From: Eledone cirrhosa
Taxonomy: Eukaryota
Assembly: GCA_964016885.1 (NCBI GenBank)
Contig: OZ024764.1
Location: 1,488,001 to 1,552,000 of the forward strand
Reading direction: 5' to 3'
DNA length: 64,000 bases
Each line of letters opens with the position of its first letter. The first letter of the stretch is position 1. The notes beneath the pieces are model-generated. The model had not been told where the DNA came from. It saw only the letters and a list, made by a program, of their open reading frames with translations, and did not search any database. A program made the position numbers and the translations under genes. Below, piece by piece: positions 30,628-45,100 of this stretch.

Positions 30628-30629
30628 AG

Positions 30630-30674
<45 letters not shown>

Positions 30675-30713
30675 ATGTATATATATATATATACATATAT
30701 GTATATGTATATA

Positions 30714-31994
30714 TATTGTTATACTTTGGGAGGGTCATGTTGCCAATAAGAAACACATGCACCAGTTGCTTTCACTTCAATTTATTATAATAAATTTATA
30801 AATTTAGGAATTTATAAATTTCCGGTTGGTTGGTTGGTTCCACAACCAGATGGTTGTTTATATATTGTCAAAGTTCTTTCGTCACACATTCTGTGACCTC
30901 TTCAGTGACTGAGGATTCTTTTCTTTGTTTTTGTGCCTCTCCTTTGTTCTGTCCTACGCCATCTTGTTTGTGTGTGTGTGTTGTCTGCGCATGCGCCACA
31001 TCCGGGTGTCTGTGTGTGTTTATATTCGTTTATTTATTTGTTTATTTACATGTTATTGGTTGGTTGTTTGTTCTATGTACCTGTGTGTTTTCATTTTGTC
31101 CTTAATTGTAAGTTGTGATGTTGCTGTTCTACTCATGTTTTCTATTTAATTTTTGTTGTAATTCTTTTATGTTTATTGCCTCTGTGATTTGTCTAAACAT
31201 TGCGTCTTTTCTGTGTGTAGATTCTATTTTTATTTCTATGTTCTCTAATTTACCCGTATGTTCTATTTTAGCATGTTGGTAGAGTACAGATGATTCTTTA
31301 CTATCTTGAAGATCTCGCCAGTGTTCATTTATCCGTTCCCCTACACTACGAGCTGTATACCATGAGTTTATTCTATTAGCCTTATTCCTAGTTCTTTCTA
31401 TTCTATTCCAAAATTTGCTCCTATACAAGGGGCAGGTCCCATTTGTGTCATTATTTACCATTTTTTCCCATTTCGTTCTGGCTCCTCTATACACTCTGAT
31501 TTTATCTCTCTGATTGTAACCAGAGAACTGCATACGGTGGATGAAGTGTTGTATGTGTCTCTCTAGTTCTTCGGGGTTGCACATGCGGGACACGTTTCTC
31601 ATCACCCGTACCAAATCCGCAATCAGTATGTTGATTTTGGTGTGGTCCTAAACAGCTGAGTTTCGGTGGATCAAATATTTGGAAGTCATGGGTTTGGCAT
31701 AATGGGAATGGAGGATTTGTTTTTTGTTATTAATGGTATCTAACCAGAGCTCTGTGTCTAGTACAGGTAATCGATGGTTGGGGTGTTTGCTTGGGTAGTC
31801 TATAGTAACTCTAATACTCTGGTGGATAGAGTTAGCTATTTGCTGGATGCTTTCCATGGTGTTTTTCTCTAATTCCTGACTGTTCTCTAGTGGGGGTGTT
31901 TTAACTACGATGTTTATATCATCAACGTAGCGGGAGTACATTATCAGGGTTAAGGGGTCTTCTAATTGTTCTTTAAGTTTAAGTCTACTGTCCC
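30714..31994 (-). mobile_element. Decayed, 5'-truncated Penelope-like copy of the same family as the palindrome
   Basis: YSRYVDD, HYAKPMTSK and RMQFSGY present; ~300-bp deletion at ~31356 removes the Cys-rich and GIY-YIG motifs; pseudo-LTR at 30714-31100. Confidence 0.92.
30866..30910 (-). ncRNA. Minimal hammerhead ribozyme in the pseudo-LTR
   Basis: GUCA-CUGAAGA-G-GUCACA..UGUGAC-GAAA-GAAC-UU/UGAC. Confidence 0.85.
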
Positions 31995-32164
31995 AAACAA
32001 AGCGAGCATTATAATAAATGTTCGGTAAACTGATACGTGCATATATATATGTGTGCATGTATGTATATATATATACATACTACTGTACGCCTGTATACAT
32101 ATATGTATGTACGTATACATACATAATACTTCAATTTAATGTATATATATATATATATGTATGT

Positions 32165-32428
32165 CAGGTCACTCTTGAGTGCTACAGGTAAATGTAACCC
32201 AGTACAACCTGTCGCAAGGCCGGGTCGTCGGCGACTAAACCGGCAACCCCACCAAACTTGGTGGGGAGGGTGACTTTGGGCACCCTGCAGGACAAAAAAC
32301 AAATCCTGACAAAGGGCGGAAGAACTCATAAGGGTCAACAGCCATCCAGAAGTGTGTAAATATGTATATACACATGTACATATGTATGTATATGTATATG
32401 TGTATATACATGGGTGCATGTGTATGTA

Positions 32429-32462
<34 letters not shown>

Positions 32463-32623
32463 CATATTTTGTACATATGTATGTATATGTGTATATATAT
32501 ACATGGTTGCATGTGTATGTATGTATATATATAGATATATATGTATATATATATATATGTATGCATGTGTATATACATATGTATGTATATGTATATGTGT
32601 ATATACATGGGTGCATCTGTATC

Positions 32624-32678
<55 letters not shown>

Positions 32679-33007
32679 ATGCATGTGTATATACATATGT
32701 ATGTATATGTATATGTGTATATACATGGGTGCATGTGTATGTATGTATATATATATATATGTATATATATATATGTATACATGTATATGTACATATGTAT
32801 GTATATGTGTATATATGTGTACATATGTATGTATGTATGTATGTATATGTGTACATATGTATGTATATGTCGGGCTGGACACCGGATCGCGCAGTTAAAC
32901 CACTGGGAGTGAAGGACCCCTAGCCTTTCTCAGAGCCTTCTTCTAGGAGAAGGTAACTCAGGAAACTGGAATAACTCCCATATAAAACCTGCAGCTCAGT
33001 AATTACC
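32165..33007 (+). mobile_element. Second copy of the structured RTE-5'UTR-like repeat, with a microsatellite at the same internal position
   Basis: Matches 1-306 in reverse. Confidence 0.6.
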
Positions 33008-33707
33008 AATGATGTTGATCTTTTCTTCTTTTCAGGTTATAGCTACTGTCTCTCAGAGAGTGGGATTGGCTCAGTGCACAGTCTTTCCTCACTTTAAAAC
33101 ATATCTTCATGCACAGACATTGCACGATAGAATTAATTGTTTCTACTTTAGGCACAAGGCCAATCCTCCACAACCCCCACCACCACCACTACACCACCTC
33201 TACCATATACACCACTCCATCACACTACCACCACTACCACCATCACCACCACCACCACCACCACTACACCACCTCTACCATATACACCACTCCACCACAC
33301 TACCACCACCTCACCACCACCACCACCACTACACCACCTCTACCATATACACCACTCCACCACACTACCACCACTACCACCATCACCACCACCACCACAC
33401 TACCACCACTACACTACCACCACCACTACACCACCTCTACCATATACACCACTCCACCACACTACCACCACCACCACCACCACTACACCACCTCTACCAT
33501 ATACACCAGTCCACCTCACCACCACCACCACCTCACCACCACCACTACCACCATCACTACACCACCAGTAGTTACCGATGATGTTGATCTTTTCTTCTGT
33601 TCAGGTTATAGCTACTGTCTCTCAGAGAGTGGGATTAGCTCAGTGCACAGTCTTTCCTCACTTTAAAACATATCTTCACACACAGGCATTGCACGATAGA
33701 ATTAATT
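33003..33707 (+). repeat. ~135-bp direct duplication (33003-33136, 33572-33707) around a CAC-rich block; each copy looks like a splice acceptor plus a short terminal exon
   Basis: ttttcttct(t/g)ttcag|GT TAT AGC TAC TGT...CTT TAA, reading YSYCLSESGI(G/S)SVHSLSSL*. The duplication is certain; exon status is unproven. Confidence 0.6.
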
Positions 33708-33889
33708 GATAATTATTAATAATGGTATATCGTGCAATGGCCACACTCGATAACGAGGGGGCAGCCACCGTTTTACGTCCATTCTTCCATGCTAGCATGG
33801 GTTAGACAGGTTGTCCTGTTGTGGGCAATGCTAGGTTTGGTGGCCTTGTCTTGCTCATACAGGAACAGATTCTGGTTTGATTTCTACAG

Positions 33890-35105
33890 CTGGATGGTGG
33901 TGGTGGTGATGATGGTGGTGTTGGTGGTGGTGGTGGTGTTGGTGGTGGTGGTGGTGGTGATGATGGTCGTGGTCGTGGTGATGATGGTGGTGGTGGTGGT
34001 GGTGGTGATGGTGGTGGTAGTCGTGGTGATGATGATGGTGGTGGTGGTGGTGGTGGTGATGGTGATGATGGTGGTGGTGTTCGTGGTGATGGTGATGATG
34101 GAGGTGATGATGATGGTGGTGGAGGTGGTGGTGGTGTTGGTGATGGTGGTGGTGGTGGTGGTGGTGATGGTGATGGTGATGGTGGTGGTGGTGATGATGG
34201 TGATGGTGGTGGTGATGGTGATGGTGGTGGTGATGATGGTGGTGGTGGTGGTGGTCGTGGTCGTGGTGATGATGATGGTGGTGATGGAGGTGGTGATCGT
34301 GTTGATGATGGTGGAGGTGGTGGTGGTGGAGGTGGTGGTGGAGGTGGTGGTGGTGAAGGTGGTGGTGGTGGAGGTGGTGGTGGTGAAGGTGGTGGAGGTG
34401 GTGGTGGAGGTGGTGATGATGATCATAAAGTTTAAGACAACAATGTTAATGACATGTTGTTGTTGCTGACCTCCATATTCAACTCCACATCAAAAGACAT
34501 TTCTTTTTTCACCAATAAATCATTTTTAAATTATGAACATAAAAAAAATATATCTTAATATTATTATTATTGGTGGTGGTGGTGTGGTGGCGGTAGTTGT
34601 GGTGGTGGTTGTAGTAGTGGTGGTGGTGGTGGTGGCGGTGGTGGTGGTGGTGGTTGTAGTAGTGGTGGTGGTGGTGGTGGTGGTAGTTGTGGTGGCGGTG
34701 GTGATTGTGGTGGTGGTGGTGGTGGTGGTGGTAGTTGTGGTTGTGGTGGGGTGGTGATTATGGTGGTGGTGATGGTGGTGGCGGTAATTGTGGTTGTGGT
34801 GTGATGGTGGTGGTGGCGGAGGGGTGGTGGTGGTGGGGTGGTGATTGTGTTGGTGGTGGTGGTGGTAGTGGTGGTGGTAGTTGTGGTGTGGTGGTGGTGG
34901 TTGTGGTGGGGTGGTGGTGGCGGTAGTTTTGGTTGTGGTGTGGTGGTGGTGGTGGTGGTGGCGGTGGTGGTAGTTGTGGTTGTGGGGTGGTGGTGGTGGC
35001 GGTGGTGGTAGTTGTGGTTGTGGTGGTGGTGATGGTAGTGGTGGTGGTGGTAATGGTGGTGGTAGTAGAAGTAGCAGTAATAGTAGCAACAGTAGTAGTA
35101 GTGGT
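33890..35105. repeat. (GGT/GAT)n low-complexity tracts
   Basis: Directly visible. Confidence 0.95.
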
Positions 35106-35426
35106 ATATATATATATATATATATATATTGTAGTAGTGGTTTTTATATATATATATATATATATAAACAAAACATAGATCTCTCTATGCACCCCTCCAC
35201 CATTGCCCCTTCCCCCGGCCCAACCCCGACCTTTCTCCTAAAAGAAATAAAAATATTTAAAATAATAAATTAAATAAAAAGAGGCAAATTATAAGTTTAG
35301 AAATAATCAATTCTATTTTTTGTTAAATTTTCCAAACTTCAGAAAAATTGAGAAATCGAAGAAAAAAAATGGAGATAATAATAATTGTTTCTACTTTAGT
35401 CAAAAGGCCAGCAATTTTGAGGGAGT

Positions 35427-36495
35427 TTAACCCTTTAGCATTTACATTACTCTATATATACTATTGTATTGTCACAGTAAAGGCTTTACCACACATAATA
35501 TCTCACATAACATTTCTCTATATATACTATTGTATTTTCACAGTAAAGGCTTTACCTCACATAATATCTCACATAACATTTACATTATTCTATATATACT
35601 ATTGTATTTTCACAGTAAAGTCTTTACCTCACATAATATCTCACATAACATTTACATTACTCTATATATACTATTGTATTGTCACAGTAAAGGCTTTACC
35701 ACACATAATATCTCACATAACATTTCTCTATATATACTATTGTATTTTCACAGTAAAGGCTTTACCTCACATAATATCTCACATAACATTTACATTATTC
35801 TATATATACTATTGTATTGTCACAGTAAAGGCTTTACCTCACATAATATCTCACATAACATTTACATTATTCTATATATACTATTGTATTTTCACAGTAA
35901 AGGCTTTACCTCACATAATATCTCACATAACATTTACATTACTCTATATATACTATTGTATTGTCACAGTAAAGGCTTTACCTCACATAATATCTCACAT
36001 AACATTTACATTATTCTATATATACTATTGTATTTTCACAGTAAAGGCTTTACCTCACATAATATCTCACATAACATTTACATTACTCTATATATACTAT
36101 TGTATTGTCACAGTAAAGGCTTTACCTCACATAATATCTCACATAACATTTACATTACTCTATATATACTATTGTATTTTCACAGTAAAGGCTTTACCTC
36201 ACATAATATCTCACGTAACATTTATATTACTCTATATATACTATTGTATTTTCACAGTAAAGGCTTTACCTCACATAACATTTACATTACTCTATATATA
36301 CTATTGTATTGTCACAGTAAAGGCTTTATCTCATATAATTATCTCAGATAATATTGAATATTTGAGATTTTGATATTATTTATTTTGAGAACAATACCTT
36401 AACATAAGTATGAGTGCACGGTTATAGCTGGTTTGAACAGAAAGAGGTGAGAGAATTCTGGCCAGATATGGCTGGTTTAAGTGCTAAAGAGTTAA
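35427..36495 (+). mobile_element. Complete TTAA-flanked (piggyBac-like) MITE with a 72-bp internal array, ~12 copies
   Basis: TTAA CCCTTTAGCATTTA ... TAAGTGCTAAAGAG TTAA: imperfect TIRs and TTAA at both ends. Confidence 0.88.
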
Positions 36496-36906
36496 ATACC
36501 TTTCAAAGACATTTACATTACTCTATATATACTATTGTATTTTCACAGTAAAGGCTTTACCTCACATAATCATCATCATCATATATGAAATCTATGAGAT
36601 TTTGATATTACAGTGTACCTCTCACATTCAAGGTCCTTGCATTGGTGGCTCTTGTTATTCACGGAATTTTTCTCAGAACCTAACCAATAATTGTTCATGG
36701 AGACCACCACATATTCACAGAATCATAAATATCTTCCGTGATTTTCTTTATGGCTTTTTTCCCAGCAATATATATATTTTCACGCTTTTTAACACTAAAT
36801 TATTAATAATAATATACCATATTTGCTGGCCTATTGGACTCTCTGGTGTGTGTAACTGGTACTTTATTTTATCGACTCCTGTTAGGATAAAAGGAAAAAG
36901 CTTAAA

Positions 36907-37107
36907 TTCTTCTTCTTCCTGAGCAGGTCATGGGGGCAGAGTCCTCAAACACTCCCTCCAGGTCCTTTTAGAAGCAACCGTGTCCAATTTATCCAGCTAG
37001 ATACCCAATTGAGACCAGCCAAGCTCATGGATGTTTTCCAACCATCTTGCTCAGGGCTAACCTCGGGTCTCTTGCCAGTTGGTTTTGCCCATAAAATCTG
37101 ATCAGCA
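36907..37107 (-). mobile_element. RTE-clade LINE 3' end with (GAA)n tail
   Basis: HVVRMSQERIADQILWAKPTGKRP followed by a frameshifted PRTRW-like segment. Confidence 0.8.
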
Positions 37108-38570
37108 ATTCTTTCCTGAGACATTCTAACCACATGTCTGTAGTATCAGAGCTGTGATCTCTCAATCCAGAGATTCTTTCCTGAGACATTCTAACCACAC
37201 ATCTGTAGTATCAGAGCTGTGATCTCTCAATCCAGAGATTCTTTCCTGAGACATTCTAACCACATATCTGTAGTATCAGAGCTGTGATATCTCAATCCAG
37301 AGATTCTTTCCTGAGACATTCTAACCACATGTCTGTAATATCAGAGCTGTGATTTCTCAATTCAGAAATTCTCTCCTGAGACATTCTAACCACATGTCTG
37401 TAGTATCAGATCTGTGATCTCTTAATCCAGAGATTCTTTCCTGAGACATTCTAACCACATGTCTGTAGTATCAGAGCTGTGATCTCTCAATTCAGAGATT
37501 CTTTCCTCAGACATTCTAACCACATGTCTGTAATATCAGAGCTGTGATTTCTCAATTCTTTCCAGAGCTTCTTTCCTCAGACATTCTAACCACATGTCTG
37601 TAATATCATAGCTGTGATTTCTCAATTCAGAGATTCTCTCCTGAGACATTCTTGCCACATGTCTGTAGTATCAGAGCTGTGATCTCTTAATCCAGAGATT
37701 CTTTCCTGAGACATTCTAACCACATGTCTGTAGTATCAGAGCTGTGATATCTCAATCCAGAGATTCTTTCCTGAGACATTCTAACCACATGTCTGTAGTA
37801 TCAGAGCTGTGATCTCTCAATCCAGAGATTCTTTCCTGAGACATTCTAACCACATGTCTGTAGTATCAGAGCTGTGGTCTCTCAATTCAGAGATTCTTTC
37901 TTGAGACATTCTAACCCCATGTCTGTAGTATCAGAGCTGTGATCTCTCAATTCAGAGGTTCTTTCCTGAGACATTCTAACCACATGTCTGTAGTATCAGA
38001 GCTGTGATCTCTCAATCCAGAGATTCTTTCCTGAGACATTCTGACCATATGTCTGTAGTATCAGAGCTGTGATCCCTCAATTCAGAGATTCTTTCCTCAG
38101 ACATTCTAACCACATAACTGTAGTATCAGAGCTGTGATCTCTCAATTCAGAGATTCTTTCCTGAGACATTCTAACCACATGCCTGTAGTATCAGAGCTGT
38201 GATCTCTCAATCCAGAGATTCTCTCCTGAGACATTCTGACCACATGTCTGTAGTATCAGAGCTGTGATCTCTCAATCCAGAGATTATTTCCTGAGACATT
38301 CTAACCCCATGTCTGTAGTATCAGAGCTGTGATCTCTCAATTCGGAGATTCTTTCCTCAGACATTCTAACCCCATATCTGTAGTATCAGAGCTGTGATCT
38401 CTCAATCCAGAGATTCTCTCCTGAGACATTCTGACCACATGTCTGTAGTATCAGAGCTGTGATCTCTCAATTCAGAGATTCTTACCTCAGACATTCTAAC
38501 CACATGTCTGTAGTATCAGAGCTGTGATCTCTCAATCCAGAGATTATTTCCTGAGACATTCTGACCATAT
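37108..38570. repeat. 65-bp minisatellite, ~22 copies, derived from RTE coding sequence
   Basis: Period 65; the - strand unit reads WIERSQL*YYRHVVRMSQER and is contiguous with the LINE fragment. Confidence 0.93.
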
Positions 38571-39047
38571 CTCTATCATGTCTGAGAAATGGACCTGAAC
38601 TGAAACCTTATTTATGTAGAATTTGAAGTTGGTTAAAATTGTCAAAATATTAACCCCTGATATATCCAACTCGTTTTTTCTACAATAGATGTTTGGGGGG
38701 TTACATATTCCTCAGCTTATATTGAAGTATATACAGCAGATAAATTCACCAGTGCATGACTGGTACATTATTTTATCGACCCAGTTAGTGTATATAGAAT
38801 ATAGAAATACAATATCTTTGCTGAATAAATTTTTTTACAAAAGGGATGTGAAGAAATAGAAAAATTTTAAGAAGATAATTAATTTTTTTAATTTTTTCTC
38901 CCTGAAAAAAATGTAATTAAATAAATGAATAAATAAATAAATATAATATAATAATAATAATAATAACGAGAATGATTTTTCAGTTTTAATTAAATGGGTT
39001 CTTTTGACTCTGGTGTTATTAAAAGGTTAACAGTATATTGGAAGACA

Positions 39048-39520
39048 GGGTGGTGGGAGTGTAGTGGTGGTGGTGGTGGTGGAGGTGGAGGTGTTGGTGG
39101 GAGTGTAGTGGTGGTGGTGGTGGTGGGGGTGGTGATGTTGGTGGTGGGAGTGTAGGGGTGGTGATGGTGATGTTGGTGGGAGTTTAGTGGTGGTGGTGGT
39201 GGTGGTGGTGGTGGTGGAGGTGTTGGTGGGAGTGTAGTGGTGTTGGTGTTGGTGGGAGTGTAGTGGTGGTGATGTTGGTGGGAGTGTAGTGGTGGTGTTG
39301 GTGTTGGTGGGAGTGTGGTGGTGGTGGGAGTGTACTGGTGGTGGGGGTGGTGATGGTGGTGGTGGTGATGTTGGCGGGAGTGTAGTGGTGGTGTTGGTGT
39401 TGGTGGGAGTGTGGTGGTGGTGGGAGTGTACTGGTGGTGGGGGTGGTGATGGTGGTGGTGGTGGTATTTGTCAGTGATATAAGAAAGCAGGAAATGTATA
39501 TGTGGCGTGTATGTATATAC

Positions 39521-39552
<32 letters not shown>

Positions 39553-40482
39553 ATGTATGTATATGTGTGCGTGTGTATGTTGCGTACATGTATATATATA
39601 TATGTGTATGTATTTATATATGTGGAGTGTATGTTTGTGTGTGTATATATATATATATATATATGTATGTATATATATATATGTGGAGTGTATCTGTGTG
39701 TGTATATATATGTGTGTGTGTATATATATATATGTATGTGGCGTGTATGTATATATGTGGAGTGTATGTGTGTGTGTATGTTTGTATATATGTGGAGTGT
39801 ATGTGTATGTGTATATATATATATGTGTATGTGTATGTATATATGTTTATATGTATGTATATATGTATGTGTATATATATGTATATATGTATGTGTATAT
39901 ATATATGTGTATATGTATGTATATGTGTATGTGTATATATATATGTGTATATGTATGTATATGTGTATATATATATGTGTATATGTATGTATATATGTAT
40001 GTGTATATGTATGTGTATGTATATGTATGTGTATATATATATATGTGTGTATATGTATGTGTATATATGTATGTGTATATATATGTGTATATATATGTAT
40101 ATATGTATGTGTATATGTATATATATGTATGTGTATATATATGTGTATATGTATGTATATATATATGTGTATATGTATGTATATGTATGTGTATATATAT
40201 ATATATATGTGTATATATATGTGTATATATATGTGTATATATATGTGTATATGTATGTGGCAGTGAATATTAATTGCTGCCTTGAGATTAATTAAAATAG
40301 GAAGTTAACGAAACATCAATGTATATAACTGCTTCTCTTATGTGTATATATATATACACACATATATATATATATATACTCACATATATATATATACACA
40401 TATATATATATATATATACTCACATATATATATATATACTCACATATATGTATATATACACACATATGTATACATACACATA

Positions 40483-40565
<83 letters not shown>

Positions 40566-40597
40566 GTGTTTATATGTATATATAATGTATATATAAT

Positions 40598-40640
<43 letters not shown>

Positions 40641-40661
40641 CATATATATGTATATATGTAT

Positions 40662-40699
<38 letters not shown>

Positions 40700-40722
40700 A
40701 TATATAATGTATATATAATATG

Positions 40723-40794
<72 letters not shown>

Positions 40795-41878
40795 TATACA
40801 TATATATACATATATATACATATATACATATATATATATATACATATATATACATATATACATATATATACATATATACATATATATATATATACATATA
40901 TACATATATATACATATATATATATACATATATATACATATATATATACATACATATATATACATATATATATATATATACGATATATATATACAATTTA
41001 AATAAAACTTTTGCATATATATATATATGAGAGTGTGTGTGTATATATATGACGGTGGCTGTAGGGAATAGAGAGAGGATGGAAGGTACTTCGGCACCAC
41101 TCCCACCACTACCACCACCACCACCACCAACACCACTACCACCGAACCAACACCACCACCACCAACACCACCACCACCACCAACACCACCACCACCGAAC
41201 CAACACCACCACCACCACCACCACCACTACACCACCACTACCACCACCAACACCACCACTACATCACCACCACCACCACCAACACATCACCACCACCACC
41301 ACCAACACCACTACACCACCACTACCACCACCAACACCACCAACAACACCACCACTACACCACCACCACACCACCACTACACCACCACTACACCACCACT
41401 ACACCACCAACACCACACCACCACTACACCACCACCACCACCACTGCACCACCACTACACCACCACCACCACTACACCACCACCACCACCGCCAACACCA
41501 CCACCACTACACCAACACCACCACTACACCACCACCACCACCACCAACACCACCACTACACCACCACCACCACCACCAACACCACTACAACACCACCACC
41601 AACACCACCACCACACCACCACTACACCACCAACACCACACCACCACTACACCACCACCACCACTGCACCACCACTACACCAACACCACCACTTCACCAC
41701 CACCACCACCACTACACCACCACCACCACCACTGCACCACCACTACACCAACACCACCACTTCACCACCACCACCACCACCAACACCACTACAACACCAC
41801 CACCAACACCACCACCACACCACCACTGCACCACCACCACCACTGCACCACCACTACACCACCACCACCACCGCCAAC
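39048..41878. repeat. (GGT)n, (TA/TG)n and (CAC)n tracts
   Basis: Directly visible. Confidence 0.92.
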
Positions 41879-42147
41879 TATAACATTGTACTTTGTAGTA
41901 GTCCAATCCTCAGATTTAGTAAGATCAATAACAAGCCCTGTCCCCAAGGGGAGAGGGGTGGAGATTAATGGAAGCCTGAGGGTGATGGTGGGGTCTATGG
42001 GATCGCGGGGGGGGGGGGAAATCAATGTTTGATATTGAACTTCTACAAGTTTCTGGAAGTTTAATTACTATTGGAGGCAGGCCCCTGGGGGTAGTGTGAT
42101 GTCGGAGGGGTGAGTGATTTAGTAATATAACTTTCTCATTGTGAAGC

Positions 42148-45100
42148 TGGTGTTTGGAACATAACTTAACAAAGGTTCTTACATAAAATTATGATGGAAG
42201 GTTTTTAGATAAATATAAACACTTTAACCCTTTCATTACCATATTTCTAATGAAAGACACTGTTGGTGTGTGGAACATAACTTAACAAAGGTTCCTACAT
42301 AAAATTATGATGGAAGGTCTTTAGATAAATATAACCACTTTAACCCTTTCATTACCATATTTCTAATGAAAGACACTGTTGGTGTGTGGAACATAACTTA
42401 ACAAAGGTTCTTACATAAAATTATGATGGAAGGTCTTTAGATAAATATAAACACTTTAACCCTTTCATTACCATATTTCTAATGAAAGACACTGTTGGTG
42501 TTTGGAACATAACTTAACAAAGGTTCTTACATAAAATTATGATGGAAGGTTTTTAGATAAATATAAACACTTTAACCCTTTCATTACCATATTTCTAATG
42601 AAAGACACTGTTGGTGTTTGGAACATAACTTAACAAAGGTTCTTACATAAAATTATGATGGAAGGTTTTTAGATAAATATAAACACTTTAACCCTTTCAT
42701 TACCATATTTCTAATGAAAGACACTGTTGGTGTTTGGAACATAACTTAACAAAGGTTCTTACATAAAATTATGATGGAAGGTTTTTAGATAAATATAAAC
42801 ACTTTAACCCTTTCATTACCATATTTCTAATGAAAGACACTGTTGGTGTTTGGAACATAACTTAACAAAGGTTCTTACATAAAATTATGATGGAAGGTTT
42901 TTAGATAAATATAAACACTTTAACCCTTTCATTACCATATTTCTAATGAAAGACACTGTTGGTGTTTGGAACATAACTTAACAAAGGTTCCTACATAAAA
43001 TTATGGTGGAAGGTTTTTCGATAAATATAAACACTTTAACCCTTTCATTACCATATTTCTACTGAAAGACACTGTTGGTGTGTGGAACATAACTTAACAA
43101 AGGTTCCTACATAAAATTATGATGGAAGGTTTTTAGATAAATATAAACACTTTAACCCTTTCATTACCATATTTCTAATGAAAGACACTGTTGGTGTTTG
43201 GAACATAACTTAACAAAGGTTCTTACATAAAATTATGATGGAAGGTTTTTAGATAAATATAAACACTTTAACCCTTTCATTACCATATTTCTAATGAAAG
43301 ACACTGTTGGTGTTTGGAACATAACTTAACAAAGGTTCTTACATAAAATTATGATGGAAGGTTTTTAGATAAATATAAACACTTTAACCCTTTCATTACC
43401 ATATTTCTAATGAAAGACACTGTTGGTGTTTGGAACATAACTTAACAAAGGTTCTTACATAAAATTATGATGGAAGGTTGTTAGATAAATATAAACACTT
43501 TAACCCTTTCATTACCATATTTCTAATGAAAGACACTGTTGGTGTGTGGAACATAACTTAACAAAGGTTCCTACATAAAATTATGATGGAAGGTTTTTAG
43601 ATAAATATAAACACTTTAACCCTTTCATTACCATATTTCTAATGAAAGACACTGTTGGTGTTTGGAACATAACTTAACAAGGGTTCTTACATAAAATTAT
43701 GGTGGAAGGTTTTTCGATAAATATAAACACTTTAACCCTTTCATTACCATATTTCTAATGAAAGACACTGTTGGTGTTTGGAACATAACTTAACAAAGGT
43801 TCTTACATAAAATTATGATGGAAGGTCTTTAGATAAATATAAACACTTTAACCCTTTCATTACCATATTTCTAATGAAAGACACTGTTGGTGTTTGGAAC
43901 ATAACTTAACAAAGGTTCTTACATAAAATTATGATGGAAGGTCTTTAGATAAATATAAACACTTTCACCCTTTCATTACAATATTTCTAATGAAAGACAC
44001 TGTTGGTGTTTGGAACATAACTTAACAAAGGTTCTTACATAAAATTATGATGGAAGGTTTTTAGATAAATATAAACACTTTAACCCTTTCATTACCATAT
44101 TTCTAATGAAAGACACTGTTGGTGTTTGGAACATAACTTAACAAAGGTTCTTACATAAAATTATGATGGAAGGTTTTTAGATAAATATAAACACTTTCAT
44201 TACCATATTTCTAATGAAAGACACTTTGTGTTTGGAACATAACTTAACAAAGGTTCTTACATAAAATTATGGTGGAAGGTTTTTAGATAAATATAAACAC
44301 TTTAACCCTTTCATTACCATATTTCTAATGAAAGACACTGTTGGTGTTTGGAACATAACTTAACAAGGGTTCTTACATAAAATTATGGTGGAAGGTTTTT
44401 AGATAAATATAAACACTTTAACCCTTTCATTACCATATTTCTAATGAAAGACACTGTTGGTGTTTGGAACATAACTTAACAAAGGTTCTTACATAAAATT
44501 ATGATGGAAGGTTTTTAGATAAATATAAACACTTTAACCCTTTCATTACCATATTTCTAATGAAAGACACTGTTGGTGTTTGGAACATAACTTAACAAAG
44601 GTTCTTACATAAAATTATGATGGAAGGTCTTTAGATAAATATAAACACTTTAACCCTTTCATTACCATATTTCTAATGAAAGACACTGTTGGTGTTTGGA
44701 ACATAACTTAACAAAGGTTCCTACATAAAATTATGATGGAAGGTTTTTAGATAAATATAAACACTTTAACCCTTTCATTACCATATTTCTAATGAAAGAC
44801 ACTGTTGGTGTTTGGAACATAACTTAACAAAGGTTCCTACATAAAATTATGATGGAAGGTTTTTAGATAAATATAAACACTTTAACCCTTTCATTACCTT
44901 ATTTCTAATGAAAGACACTGTTGGTGTTTGGAACATAACTTAACAAAGGTTCTTACATAAAATTATGATGGAAGGTCTTTAGATAAATATAAACACTTTA
45001 ACCCTTTCATTACCATATTTCTAATGAAAGACACTGTTGGTGTTTGGAACATAACTTAACAAAGGTTCCTACATAAAATTATGATGGAAGGTTTTTAGAT

